Assembly: GCA_002305265.1 (NCBI GenBank)
Contig: DBQP01000007.1
Coordinates: 29,429 to 93,428 of the forward strand
Origin: Prevotellaceae bacterium UBA1391
GTDB taxonomy: Bacteria; Bacteroidota; Bacteroidia; Bacteroidales; Bacteroidaceae
DNA: 64,000 nt
Reading direction: 5' to 3'
Part shown: in pieces, positions 47,001 through 55,600 of the stretch
How positions within the stretch are numbered: position 1 is the stretch's first letter
Layout of the letters: the number at the start of each line of letters is the position of its first letter
Made by a program: the position numbers and the translations under genes
The notes under the pieces: generated by a model
The model's input: the letters and a program-made list of their open reading frames with translations, nothing else
Databases searched by the model: none
What the model was told of the DNA's origin: nothing

Positions 47001-48284
47001 TCGCTTCAAGCCGCCTCTCCAGGCGCCGAGCCAGGTGTCTCCGTGTTTGTCTGTAGCCAGGGCCTGGACCAACGTCGACGTGGCATCGTTGACGACTTGC
47101 TGGGGCATGCTCCGGGGCGCGACAGAGAAGACGCCGCTTCCGTCCGTGCCAATGAGGACGCGGTTGGGGGCTGTCTGCGTAAAGGAAGTGACGCAGGAGG
47201 CATTCAGGTCCTTGTTGTCGGGGGAGAGCGGGAGGTAGTGGAAGCCGGTGGAACGGTGGGGTAGGATGAGCAGGCCATGCTGATAGATGGCGGCAATCAG
47301 GTTTCCGTCGGCATCTTCCTTCAAGTCGTGCACCTTAGCATGGCGCATGTTGATGCGGCTGACTTGGGCTTCCAACACGTTGAGTTCCTCGGTTAGGGGA
47401 TTCATGGTCCATATACCACTGTTGTCTGTTCCTATGAGAATCTGGCCTGTGTGGCTGAGCAGCAGGGTCTGAATGAAGAGGTCCCGGTGGTTGTGTCTCA
47501 CCTCGCGCAGAATTTTGCTGGTGCGGTCGTAGACGAGCAGACCGCCGCGAGAGAGGCCAATGAAGACTTTGTCGCCGCGCTTCGACTCATGAAAGGCCAT
47601 GATAGAGCTTTTGTCCAGCAGCTGCTTGGCTTCGGGGGAAATGCGCAGCTCGATGGACTTGTTGTGCTCCATGTCGGCCACGATCAGGTGCACCGTGCGT
47701 CCGCTGGCCCAAAGCCAGCCCTTGCTGTCGAGCATGGCGCGCTCGATGTGCACGTCCGACATCAGTCGATTGAGCGCCAGCGTGCGTTGTGTGTCGGGGG
47801 TTTGGTTCTTGATGTTCAGCACGTAAGAACCGTAGCCTTGCGTCATGATATAGCGGACGCCATGCTTTTTGTTTTCAACGATGCGGGAGACGGAGTAGCT
47901 GCCAAGCGGCTCGTCTTCGGCCAGTTTGATGCGGGTGAAGGAGTTCTTGCGCTTGTCGAAGCTGAAAAGGCCCATGTTGGTTCCCAGCCAGAAGTGGTTG
48001 GAATCGGTGGGGTAGATGCTTCGGATTTCGGCAAAGCGCGGCTGACCGGTCTTGGGATCGGTGCAATCGACTTGATGGAAGCTGATTCCGTCGAAAATCT
48101 CGAAGGTCTCGCTGGTGGCGAGCCAAACAAGGTTTTGCTCGTCTACGCAAATGTAGTTGACATAGGAATTCTGCATTCCACTCTCCAGTGAGTGGAATGC
48201 CGGGACTTGTGCCTTAAGGACAAGGGCACACAGTCCCAGCCATATGGTTGTGCGGATGCGCAAATAGAGGCTGCGGTAGTTCAT
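44040..48284 (-). CDS. Hybrid two-component system sensor kinase / response regulator with AraC-type HTH (HTCS)
   Basis: 1414 aa. It has a signal/anchor sequence, a periplasmic beta-propeller plus Y_Y_Y region and a TM helix. These are followed by the H-box FTSIAHELRSPL, HATPase (GSGIGLNL), REC (LLVDDD...TDINMPDG) and a C-terminal AraC HTH (...GFSSHSYFSSNFHDFFGMTPKEF). Confidence 0.9.
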   Translation of the reverse strand: MNYRSLYLRIRTTIWLGLCALVLKAQVPAFHSLESGMQNSYVNYICVDEQNLVWLATSETFEIFDGISFHQVDCTDPKTGQPRFAEIRSIYPTDSNHFWLGTNMGLFSFDKRKNSFTRIKLAEDEPLGSYSVSRIVENKKHGVRYIMTQGYGSYVLNIKNQTPDTQRTLALNRLMSDVHIERAMLDSKGWLWASGRTVHLIVADMEHNKSIELRISPEAKQLLDKSSIMAFHESKRGDKVFIGLSRGGLLVYDRTSKILREVRHNHRDLFIQTLLLSHTGQILIGTDNSGIWTMNPLTEELNVLEAQVSRINMRHAKVHDLKEDADGNLIAAIYQHGLLILPHRSTGFHYLPLSPDNKDLNASCVTSFTQTAPNRVLIGTDGSGVFSVAPRSMPQQVVNDATSTLVQALATDKHGDTWLGAWRGGLKRLSNGVVSTPPFVGPLADMNVMSLTYDKRTDILYALTNGDGLYAVNINKQTINRIMPNNYPFAWANMFHIDSNSILWIADINNLCCYNPISNQATTVTFPDKKVINVEDIAEDRNQVFLGTNDGIYVADKQSFQIEEAAWTEKTRGLSIIAIQPTPTHIWFTTRRALYCISLKTGEMRTYTSFSGNNMGAFHRCASIHLQDNRMMFGADNGVLLFNPKEVLQRSQRIKQVRFTGLRVNNHNVIYVDSAENTLNSSILHATSARLRVGDHAILVSFSVPEFSEPSRVSYTYRLEGYEKIWHTASAKNPQAYYANLTPGTYKLRVVAFFEDNNIDLEQPDQAQMSEAILQIYIPAPFYATWWAFIIYALIALFIVYTIYRNVKERRRAKARLRHSIHTAEVKEAQLRLFTSIAHELRSPLTMIISPLKELMSRASDSETQDNYQIMERNCNRMLNVVNQITDVRKIDNGQFTLHFQEIDLLRYVRALLTSFKGMAMVRNIDLTIESEQKSPTAWIDPIHFEKIINNLLSNAIKFTPANGRIILRIRRHSNIAADGSLVLPNSLIAEYAELTVYNSGSHINEKDLTRIFERFYQAPPQQERSGSGIGLNLAMEITRLHHGTVSARNLEPDGVEFIVRIPLGFAFLSEEELAVDASIPPYVIPDDKLLEPQPDEVSSTTDDTTDDTDDAADDANDAAEDADDVTTQPETGAEKAPPQSERPKAENSPYKVLLVDDDGELLQYMRQHLDGDYDVSTAKSGNTAWKQLLKERPDIVVTDINMPDGNGFELLRRIKSNPETDQIAVIVLTSESDAKNHLQAVELQAEHFLPKPFNSKMLLSAIAQVTRLRDQILLKVRRTQMTAEYASTVSDSADDRLMQNIRQTIINHLDDSDFSVDSLAAEVGISRVHLNRKLKKLCGISPNAYIRSVRLKQAAWMLANKQVNISEAAYRVGFSSHSYFSSNFHDFFGMTPKEFVAYYGENENEQALHKLLE

Positions 48285-48307
48285 GGTAGCTTTCTGAATC
48301 TGTCTTG

Positions 48308-48315
48308 CAAAATTA
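48308..48315 (-). promoter_or_regulatory. Bacteroidota -7 box (TAATTTTG on minus strand) for the HTCS gene
   Basis: Plus strand reads CAAAATTA, 24 nt upstream of the ATG at 48284. Confidence 0.4.
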
Positions 48316-48398
48316 AGCTCTTTTTGTCATGTTGCAAAATATTGCACCTCCTAATTATGCCTGAATTGCGCGTTTCGATGTTTTTTTTGTCAGTAAGA

Positions 48399-50423
48399 TT
48401 ATGGGATGGGCATCTCGAATGGAGTGGCTGGCAGCGATGTGCGTCCGTAGAGGTTGGCACGAAGTGGGTTGTTTTTCCATGCGTAGCGCAGGAAGGCGGC
48501 CTTCTCCATGCCTTCGGGAAGGCGGACAATGAGGTTCTGACCTTCGGCGCGCGCGTCGGCATTGCGGAAGCGGCGGTCTGCCGAGGCGAGCTCCACCTCA
48601 TGGATGCGGGTGGAGGGGCTGAGCGGTGCGTCGAATGTGATAACCACCTCGTTTCCCTTTCGCAGGGCGCTGACGGGTGCTGGCGACAGCTCGTTCTTCT
48701 TTTGGAAGACCAGGCGGTCGAAGCAGTTGGCTGCGCGCTCTGCAATGAGATGCTTGCGCAGGGGGTGGATGTCGACGTTCTCACCGCAGTCGATGGCTAC
48801 GACGAGGCCGGAGTGGGCGTCGAACTGGGCCACTGTGCGCTGCGCCTCGCGCAGTTGTGCCCATCCTGTTTCCTGCGGTTGGAGCGAGGGGGCCATGTGA
48901 TTGGCGAGCTGGACGATGGCAAAGGCCAGTTCCGGTTGCTCGAACGCCTTGCGCCAGTCGGCCTCCAACGCAGCCAGCTGGTCGGCATAGAGTTGAGCAC
49001 GTCCCGTGTTGGATTCTCCCTGATACCACACCACGCCGCTGATGGCATAGGGCGCGAGAGGCGCCAGCATGGCGTTGTAGAGCGTGGACGGCAAATTCTG
49101 CAGGGCGGCGCCTCCGCCTCTCTGCGTGGGCATGGTGCAGCCCACGCGCTTGAGCCATGTGGTGGCAAGACGGACTGTGTCTTTTGTGTCTTCAAAGACG
49201 AGCATGTAGGGCTTTTCCGGGATGAAGTGCGGAATGCCGCTCTTGTTCACGAATCGGATGGTAAGGACGTTGTCGCCTTCCTTGAGCAGGCCGGCAGGAA
49301 TACTGTAGCGGCGCGGCGGATACTGGTAGTAGGTGCGGCCTACTTCCTTTCCGTTGAGATACGTATAGTCTTGATCGTAAAGTGTGCCCAGCAACAGTAG
49401 GGCGGGGCGTCCTGCATGCGCGGCGTCGATGTGGATGTGCTGGCGCAGATACAGGGTGCCGCAGAAGCTGCGCCCACTCACGAGCTGCGTGCTCTGCAAG
49501 CCGTAGGATGCGAGGTCCTGACATTCTGCCAGGCGTCGCTTCAGGCCTTGATTGGTGGCATCGTCGGCCTGTGGCTGCGCCCAGTCGGCCAGATTCGGCT
49601 GAAACTGCTCGACGGCTTGCCACTCCGGCCCTTCTCGATAGGAAGATGAGGTCCAGTCCTCCTTCAGTCCGAGGTCGCGTTCGGCGAGCATCTTTTCCCA
49701 GCGGTTGCTGCTGGCGGCGGATGCCCGGCTCCAAGCTTCCACCATGTTTGCGTCGTCCCACACCTGGGTTTCCTCATATTGTTCGGGCCAGCGCGAGCGC
49801 ATGGTCTCGCTGCTGAGCCAGGCCTCGATGGGCGTGCCGCCCCAGCTGGTCTGGATGATGCCTTGCGGCACACCATGGCGCCGCTTCATTTCTTTTCCGA
49901 GGAAGTAGCCGACGGCGGAAAACTGCCAGGCGTCCTGCTTCGAGAGCGGCTGCCAGGCGGTGGTCCGTGTGTGTGTCTGTGTCTCGTGGGTGTTGGTTTG
50001 ATTGATGACCCGGATGAGTCGGATGTGGTTGTCGTTCGCCGCATCAACCTCAGCGGAGTAGATGGGGTAGACCCGCTCGATGTTGACATCGATGTTGCTC
50101 TGTCCGGAGCAGATCCACACGTCGCCGATGAGCACATCCGTCAGCTCCGTTCCGGCGATGTTGAGCGTATAGGGGCCGCCGGCTTTCTGCTTGGGCAGCT
50201 GGATGCGCCATTTGCCATCCGCTCCTGCAGTGGTGGTGTAGGTGTGTCCGCGGAATACAACGTCAACGCGCTCGCCGCTGTCGGCTGTTCCCCAGACGGG
50301 GATTTCGCGTCCGCGCTGGAGCACCATGCCGTTTTGAAACAGGGATGCTGGCTTGACAGTTGCCATGGCGGAGAGGCAAGAGGCAAGTGCAAGAATGAAA
50401 GTGAGGTTTCGCTGTGATTTCAT
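48399..50423 (-). CDS. Sialate O-acetylesterase-like (SASA/SGNH) carbohydrate esterase, probable acetyl-xylan esterase
   Basis: ORF trimmed to MKSQRNLTFILALASCLSAMA at 50423. SASA-type GDVWICSGQSN motif. Sits in a xylan cluster. Confidence 0.75.
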   Translation of the reverse strand: MKSQRNLTFILALASCLSAMATVKPASLFQNGMVLQRGREIPVWGTADSGERVDVVFRGHTYTTTAGADGKWRIQLPKQKAGGPYTLNIAGTELTDVLIGDVWICSGQSNIDVNIERVYPIYSAEVDAANDNHIRLIRVINQTNTHETQTHTRTTAWQPLSKQDAWQFSAVGYFLGKEMKRRHGVPQGIIQTSWGGTPIEAWLSSETMRSRWPEQYEETQVWDDANMVEAWSRASAASSNRWEKMLAERDLGLKEDWTSSSYREGPEWQAVEQFQPNLADWAQPQADDATNQGLKRRLAECQDLASYGLQSTQLVSGRSFCGTLYLRQHIHIDAAHAGRPALLLLGTLYDQDYTYLNGKEVGRTYYQYPPRRYSIPAGLLKEGDNVLTIRFVNKSGIPHFIPEKPYMLVFEDTKDTVRLATTWLKRVGCTMPTQRGGGAALQNLPSTLYNAMLAPLAPYAISGVVWYQGESNTGRAQLYADQLAALEADWRKAFEQPELAFAIVQLANHMAPSLQPQETGWAQLREAQRTVAQFDAHSGLVVAIDCGENVDIHPLRKHLIAERAANCFDRLVFQKKNELSPAPVSALRKGNEVVITFDAPLSPSTRIHEVELASADRRFRNADARAEGQNLIVRLPEGMEKAAFLRYAWKNNPLRANLYGRTSLPATPFEMPIP

Positions 50424-50531
50424 AGTGGATGCGTTTGAAGGGTTTTCGATGGTCGGTTCGGATGTGCTGCCGGCGCGGCAGCGCTTTGGGGCGGCTTGCC
50501 CGCTGGATGTGGAAGCCGGTGCCGACTGCTC

Positions 50532-50598
50532 AAAATCGGAACTCCGGTTTGCTAAAATCGGAGTAGCGAAAATTGAAAATCGGAACTCCAAAAATCGG
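50532..50598. repeat. Four direct copies of AAAATCGG(A) between the GH43 and esterase genes
   Basis: Copies start at 50532, 50554, 50576 and 50591, giving spacings of 22, 22 and 15 bp. The copy AAAATCGGAGTAGCG (50554) matches AAAATCGGAGAAGCG at 12444 at 14 of 15 positions. Confidence 0.8.
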
Positions 50599-50696
50599 TG
50601 GATGGCGCAGATGGCTGTACGCAGGGGAACGGAAGCTGCGTCGGCGCGACGCTCACGGTTCGTGGCCGACGCTGCATTTTGTTGATTTTCTGAAGC

Positions 50697-52448
50697 TTAT
50701 TGGTGCTGGTTTGTGGCGTACATTCCGACGGTGGCTCCGGTGAATCCTCCTGCCCACTCGGTGGAGAGGATGCGGCCATTGAAGGTCTCGCCCATCTGTG
50801 TCCAGCTGTTTCCGTTGTCAGTGCTGAAGAAGAAGCGGAGGTCGGTGCCGTCGGCCGCAATGCGGAACTGGATGTCCTTGTTCTTCCATTTGTCTTCCAA
50901 GGAGATGGTCTGGCTATGTGCGCCTCGGTCGGTGACGTTGAGCTGGATGACAGGTTTCCCCTCGGCCGATCGGGTGCGGCCGATGGTGAAGTTGTTTTTC
51001 TCGTCTTGGTAGATGGCCAGGCCGGCATATTCTTTGGGCGACTGGGCCTGGAAGTTCTTCGAGAGTGTCACCTGAACGTCGTAGCGGTGGTTCTTCACCC
51101 ATCGGCAGAGGTAGCTCGGATTGCTTTGGCTGTAGATGCTGACGGGGCGGAGGTCGATCTCAAGTGCGCCGTCGTGGCTCTTCCGATACCACTCTGCCTG
51201 CGGTGTGCGCACCTGAATCCAGAGCGGATCGAGGGGGGACGACGAGAGGGTAGCGGCAGTCTTCGCCTTGACCGGCGTTGTCTTGAAATCGGTGATGAGC
51301 ACATTGCCGGTGTTTTGGTCGCGCTGGCCCTGCGCTTCGATGTGCGTTTTGTCGACGACGTATGGAATTTCCTTCCCTGCGGGATAGAGAATGGGCTGGC
51401 GCAGCAGCTTTCCATCTGCGGTCTTACCGGTCACAATCCATTCGGCTGGGAGGAGGAAGGTGGAACGCCCCGTGTTGCAGTAGGTGTTGTTTCCGTATTC
51501 ATAGGGGAGGATGCCGAGGAAAATCGACCACCATTCGCCCGTCGGTGTTTGGAAGAGGTCGGCATGTCCGGCTGCAGTAATCGGATTCTTGCGGTCTTTG
51601 GAGAGATCGCGTTGTGTGAGTATCGGATTGATTTCGCAAGGCGTATAGGGCCCTTTCACGTTGTCTGACCGATAGATGACTTCGCTGTGGTTGTCGGCCG
51701 TTCCGCCCTCCGCGGTCATCAGATAGTAGGTTCCGCCAATGTGATAGAGGTGGGGCCCCTCGCACCAGATGGGCTTGTCTTCCGGATGCACGCCCTTCTC
51801 GATGAGCTGGATGGCCGAGCCCGGAACAATGCGGTCGGTCTTCAGGTCGTATTCTCGGAGGCCGATGGCGCGGTGTCCATCGTATTCGGCCGGTCCGTCG
51901 GGGTCTTGATTGTTGACGATATAGGCCTTTCCGTCGGGCTCGAAGAGAAAACCGGGGTCAATGCCTGGCACGTCGATGGGAATGGCTCTGCCCCATCCCT
52001 GATAGGGATCCTTTGTCTTGACGACTACGTTGCCTCCGCTCCCGATGGCTGTGACGACGAGATAGAAGGTGTCGTTGTAGGGATTGTATTTGATGTCGGG
52101 GGCATAAACGCCTGCCGAGAGGCCTACGCCGTCGCCGAGTTTCAGGTCGGTGGTGAGGGCATAACCTACGAAATCCCAGTTGACGAGGTCGTGGCTGTGC
52201 CAGATGGGCACACCGGGATAGTAGGAGAAACTGCTGTTGGCGAGGAAGTAGTCGTCGCCTTTCCGCGTGATGCTCGGGTCGGGGGCGCAACCGGAGATGA
52301 TGGGATTGAGATATTGGCTCTCCTTGTTGATGGCGGGCAAGGCGTCGCGGCCTTCATACCGGAAGTCGGTGAAGCGGGCTGTCCTCGTCTGGGCGATGCC
52401 GGCGAGCGCCAGGGTGGAGAGGCAGAGTGTGCTGAGGATTTTTTTCAT
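50697..52448 (-). CDS. Secreted GH43 beta-xylosidase / alpha-L-arabinofuranosidase with C-terminal beta-sandwich domain
   Basis: Signal peptide MKKILSTLCLSTLALAGIAQ. GH43 motifs NPIISGCAPDPSI, VYAPDIKY and EGPHLY. C-terminal concanavalin-like domain. Confidence 0.85.
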   Translation of the reverse strand: MKKILSTLCLSTLALAGIAQTRTARFTDFRYEGRDALPAINKESQYLNPIISGCAPDPSITRKGDDYFLANSSFSYYPGVPIWHSHDLVNWDFVGYALTTDLKLGDGVGLSAGVYAPDIKYNPYNDTFYLVVTAIGSGGNVVVKTKDPYQGWGRAIPIDVPGIDPGFLFEPDGKAYIVNNQDPDGPAEYDGHRAIGLREYDLKTDRIVPGSAIQLIEKGVHPEDKPIWCEGPHLYHIGGTYYLMTAEGGTADNHSEVIYRSDNVKGPYTPCEINPILTQRDLSKDRKNPITAAGHADLFQTPTGEWWSIFLGILPYEYGNNTYCNTGRSTFLLPAEWIVTGKTADGKLLRQPILYPAGKEIPYVVDKTHIEAQGQRDQNTGNVLITDFKTTPVKAKTAATLSSSPLDPLWIQVRTPQAEWYRKSHDGALEIDLRPVSIYSQSNPSYLCRWVKNHRYDVQVTLSKNFQAQSPKEYAGLAIYQDEKNNFTIGRTRSAEGKPVIQLNVTDRGAHSQTISLEDKWKNKDIQFRIAADGTDLRFFFSTDNGNSWTQMGETFNGRILSTEWAGGFTGATVGMYATNQHQ

Positions 52449-52464
52449 GTGTAGGTGAAAGAAT

Positions 52465-52530
52465 AAAGAGACGGTTCTTGGTGGTGGCGGATGTTTTCAT
52501 TTCCGCCACCATTTCAGAATCGTCTCTTTT
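52465..52530 (-). terminator. Nested hairpin (terminator or attenuator-like) between the GH5-GH43 gene and the next GH43 gene
   Basis: Outer stem AAAGAGACG / CGTCTCTTT (52465-52473 / 52521-52529) and inner stem GGTGGCGGA / TCCGCCACC. The minus-strand RNA is followed by AUUCUUUC. The hairpin ends only 17 nt before the downstream ATG, so it may be a partial terminator or a processing site. Confidence 0.4.
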
Positions 52531-52670
52531 TAGGTGAAAAGGATCATTTCAATTTAGAATGTGCTGTTTCCTGGCTCAGGTCGAAGCGCCGGTGTTGGCC
52601 CATCCTCTCGGGTGGATGAAATGGCTGTGGCGTTTCTTGCAGCCTTTGCTGCCTGTCGGGTAGGGGTTGC

Positions 52671-55600
52671 CTACTTGTTCAGCAGTTTCTCGCTGCTGAC
52701 AGTTCCGTCGGCGTGGGTCTTGCGCACGATGCTGATGCCGGGCTCAAGGCCGTTGGAGCGGCGTCCGTCGATCGTGAAGTATTCCTTGCCGACAACTTCA
52801 CTGTCGGAAGCAACGTTCAGGATGGCGGTCGGATTGACGCCGTCGTCTGAGAGGAAGACGCTGTCGATGTAGATGGCGGTGCCTCCATGGCTCCAGAATC
52901 CTGCGATGTAGATGTGCGAGGGGTCGCAGATGATACCGTCTTCCTTGGTCATGTTCTGCAGGTCGATGACGACGGAGACCTTTCCGGTCATGTCGACTGC
53001 ATACGGGGTCGACCAATAGCTGGCGGAGTCGAACAAGCGGAAGGAGGGCATGCTGGATGCCTGGCGGCGCAGCTTGACTACCAGATACTTGTGGGCTGAG
53101 AGGTCGACGCCCCCGCTGTATTCCCAGCCGCCGAAGCCATAGGTGCTTGTGGTGAGCGCCTTGAGCGACTGCTGAAACTTGCCCGTTCCATAAATGGAGG
53201 GGTTGAAGGCTTCTGCTGTGAGCGGGAAGGTCGTGACTTCCACGCTGAACGTGACGCTCTGCATGTTGCCCAGGACGTCGGTGTAGGTGGCTGTCACTTC
53301 AGCCGTGCCTTCCGCCATGGTGCGGATTCGGCCGCTGACGATGCTCACGACGTTGGGATTTGAAATTTGATAGCTGCACTGGTTGGCCACGCTACGCACG
53401 TCGCCCGAAGCAAAAGTGGCCTGCAAGTCGAGGGGCTGATAGCTGCCCGGGACGAGCGTGTAGCTGGTCTTGCTGAGCGTGAGCGTCTTGAGAGTGAGGT
53501 CTTCCTTCGTGTATGTGCTGAGGATGCCGGGACCGTAGAATCTCGATTCGCTGTAGGTGGGCTCAGTAGAGAACCAGTCGATGTCGACATAGCCGCCCAG
53601 CTGTTTGGTTGCGAAGTTGAAGATGCCGAAGCGATTTCCCACGAAAATCTTCAGCGTGTAGCGCATGGACATCTCGTTGCCGAAGGGAATCCATGTCTCG
53701 TTGTCGTAGCTGTAGTAGAATTTAGCCTTGCTGGTACCGAAATTGGCGATGGCGCGGAGGTAAATCTTGTCCTGCGTGATTTCGTCGCCGACCACTTCTT
53801 GCGCTGGCACCTCGTATACATTGTCACCCCAACCGTCCTCATACACGCTTCTGTACTGCACGAGGCGGCGTTTTCCGTCTATCATCTTGACTGCGATGTA
53901 GGCATAAGGATCCTGGAAGATGGTCAGTCCGGCGACGTCGCCTTCCTGCATGCCATAAGTGTCGAGTGCAATGGTGCCATACGTATCCATGTATTTGTCG
54001 GAGGCTGTGCCCTCGACGTTGTAGGCGAACATGCGCTGCGTGAGCGTATTGCGGGCGTCGATCAGTTCGGTGCTGACGCTGGCGGTGTGGAGGCGGAGCT
54101 GGCCCGGCTGCTCGTAGAGCGACCATGCGCTGTTGTCCGGATTGTGGTTCCACTGCCATTGCATGCCCAGTTTGGCCTCCGTGAAGGTGTCGTTGGTCGG
54201 GAGATAAGTGCGCGGATAGGTCTTTCCGACGTTGGGCTTGCTGTAGGCTACGCCGTTCTTGCTGACGTCGATGCCGCTGTTGCCGAGAACCGGCCAGCCG
54301 TCAACCCACTTCACCGGCTCCAGATAGGGAATGCGGCCGATGGCGCCGGCGTCCTTGAAGAGGATGGTCCACCATTCTCCGGTCTGCGTCTCCACGAGTC
54401 CGCCCTGATGAATGTGCTGGTTGGCGAAGATGCGTCCGTCGTGCTCCTCGTACGGGCCGAAAGGCGACTTGGCGCGGAAAATCGTCTGGCTGCCTTCTGT
54501 TCCGCCATACGTGCTGTAGATGTAGTAATAGTCGCCGATGTGGTAGAAGTGGCTGCCTTCGCAACCGTTGCCAACGCTGATGACCTTCTGGCTCTTGATT
54601 TCCTCGAAGTTGGCATTCAGCTGCGTGACGGTCAAGTCGCCGATGCCGGCAACGACGTAGATGTTTCCATCGCCGTTCAACTCTCCGTTCGGTCCCAGTC
54701 CGCTGAGGTGGTCGCGGTTGTCGTCAAACAGGAAACCTGAGTCGTAGTAGAAGCCTTTCAGCTTGGTCATCGTCCATTCGCCCTCTGGGTCTGTAGCCGT
54801 CAGCATGAAGTCGCCGCCGTCGTCGCCAAAAGCGATGAAGTTGATGTAGAACTTGCCGTTGTGGTAATTGAGCGATGGAGCCCACTGGCCCTTGCTATAC
54901 CAGTTCTTTCCGTTGAGCAGATTGTAGGCATCGGTGTCGTTGATTTTCGTCAGCGGATTCGCGCAGTATTCCCAGTTGACGAGGTCTTTCGACTTCAGCA
55001 GTGTGACGCCAGGGAAGTAGAACATCGTTGTCGATGCCAGATAGTAGGTGTCTTCGACGCGGATGATGTCGGGATCGGGGAAATCAGCGTTGATCAGCGG
55101 GTTGGTGAATTTGCCGAATCCGTTGTCCGAAGTAGAGAGTCGTGTCATTTCAGGGCGCGGCATGTCGACTTGGGCGTACTCTTTATACCACTTGAAGCAG
55201 GCTTCGCCACATGCCTCTTCTACGCCTTGGAAGGCTGGAACGACTTTCTTGTTGTTGATGTATTCGTCGATGTCTATGTAGCAGGCTGTGCCCGATAGCG
55301 TCATGGAGATGTTGCCGAAGTGGTCGAGCAGCGACTTGTAGACGCCGCCCCACTTCGAAGTGGAGCCTGTTGCCCATGTGCCATAGTTGCTTTCCACCCA
55401 TTCTCCGTGCTCGTTGTAGTGACCTGTGCCTTCTTTCTTCGGGCTCCAGTCGACCTCGGTGATGACAATGGGCTTGTCTTTCACGACTGGCACCTGCTTC
55501 AAGAACTGCTGGATGTAGGCCGTGGAGTCTTTTGCTGATTTCGTGTCGTCGCCGCCATACCATCCCACGTAGTTGTGGACAGCATAGCCGAAGTTGTCGT

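Noticed and set aside
50637-50680. Hairpin GCGTCGGC...GCCGACGC followed by TGCATTTTGTTGATTTT as a plus-strand terminator
   Set aside because: There is no plus-strand gene upstream for it to terminate, because it lies antisense to the xylan operon. On the minus strand no U-run follows it.
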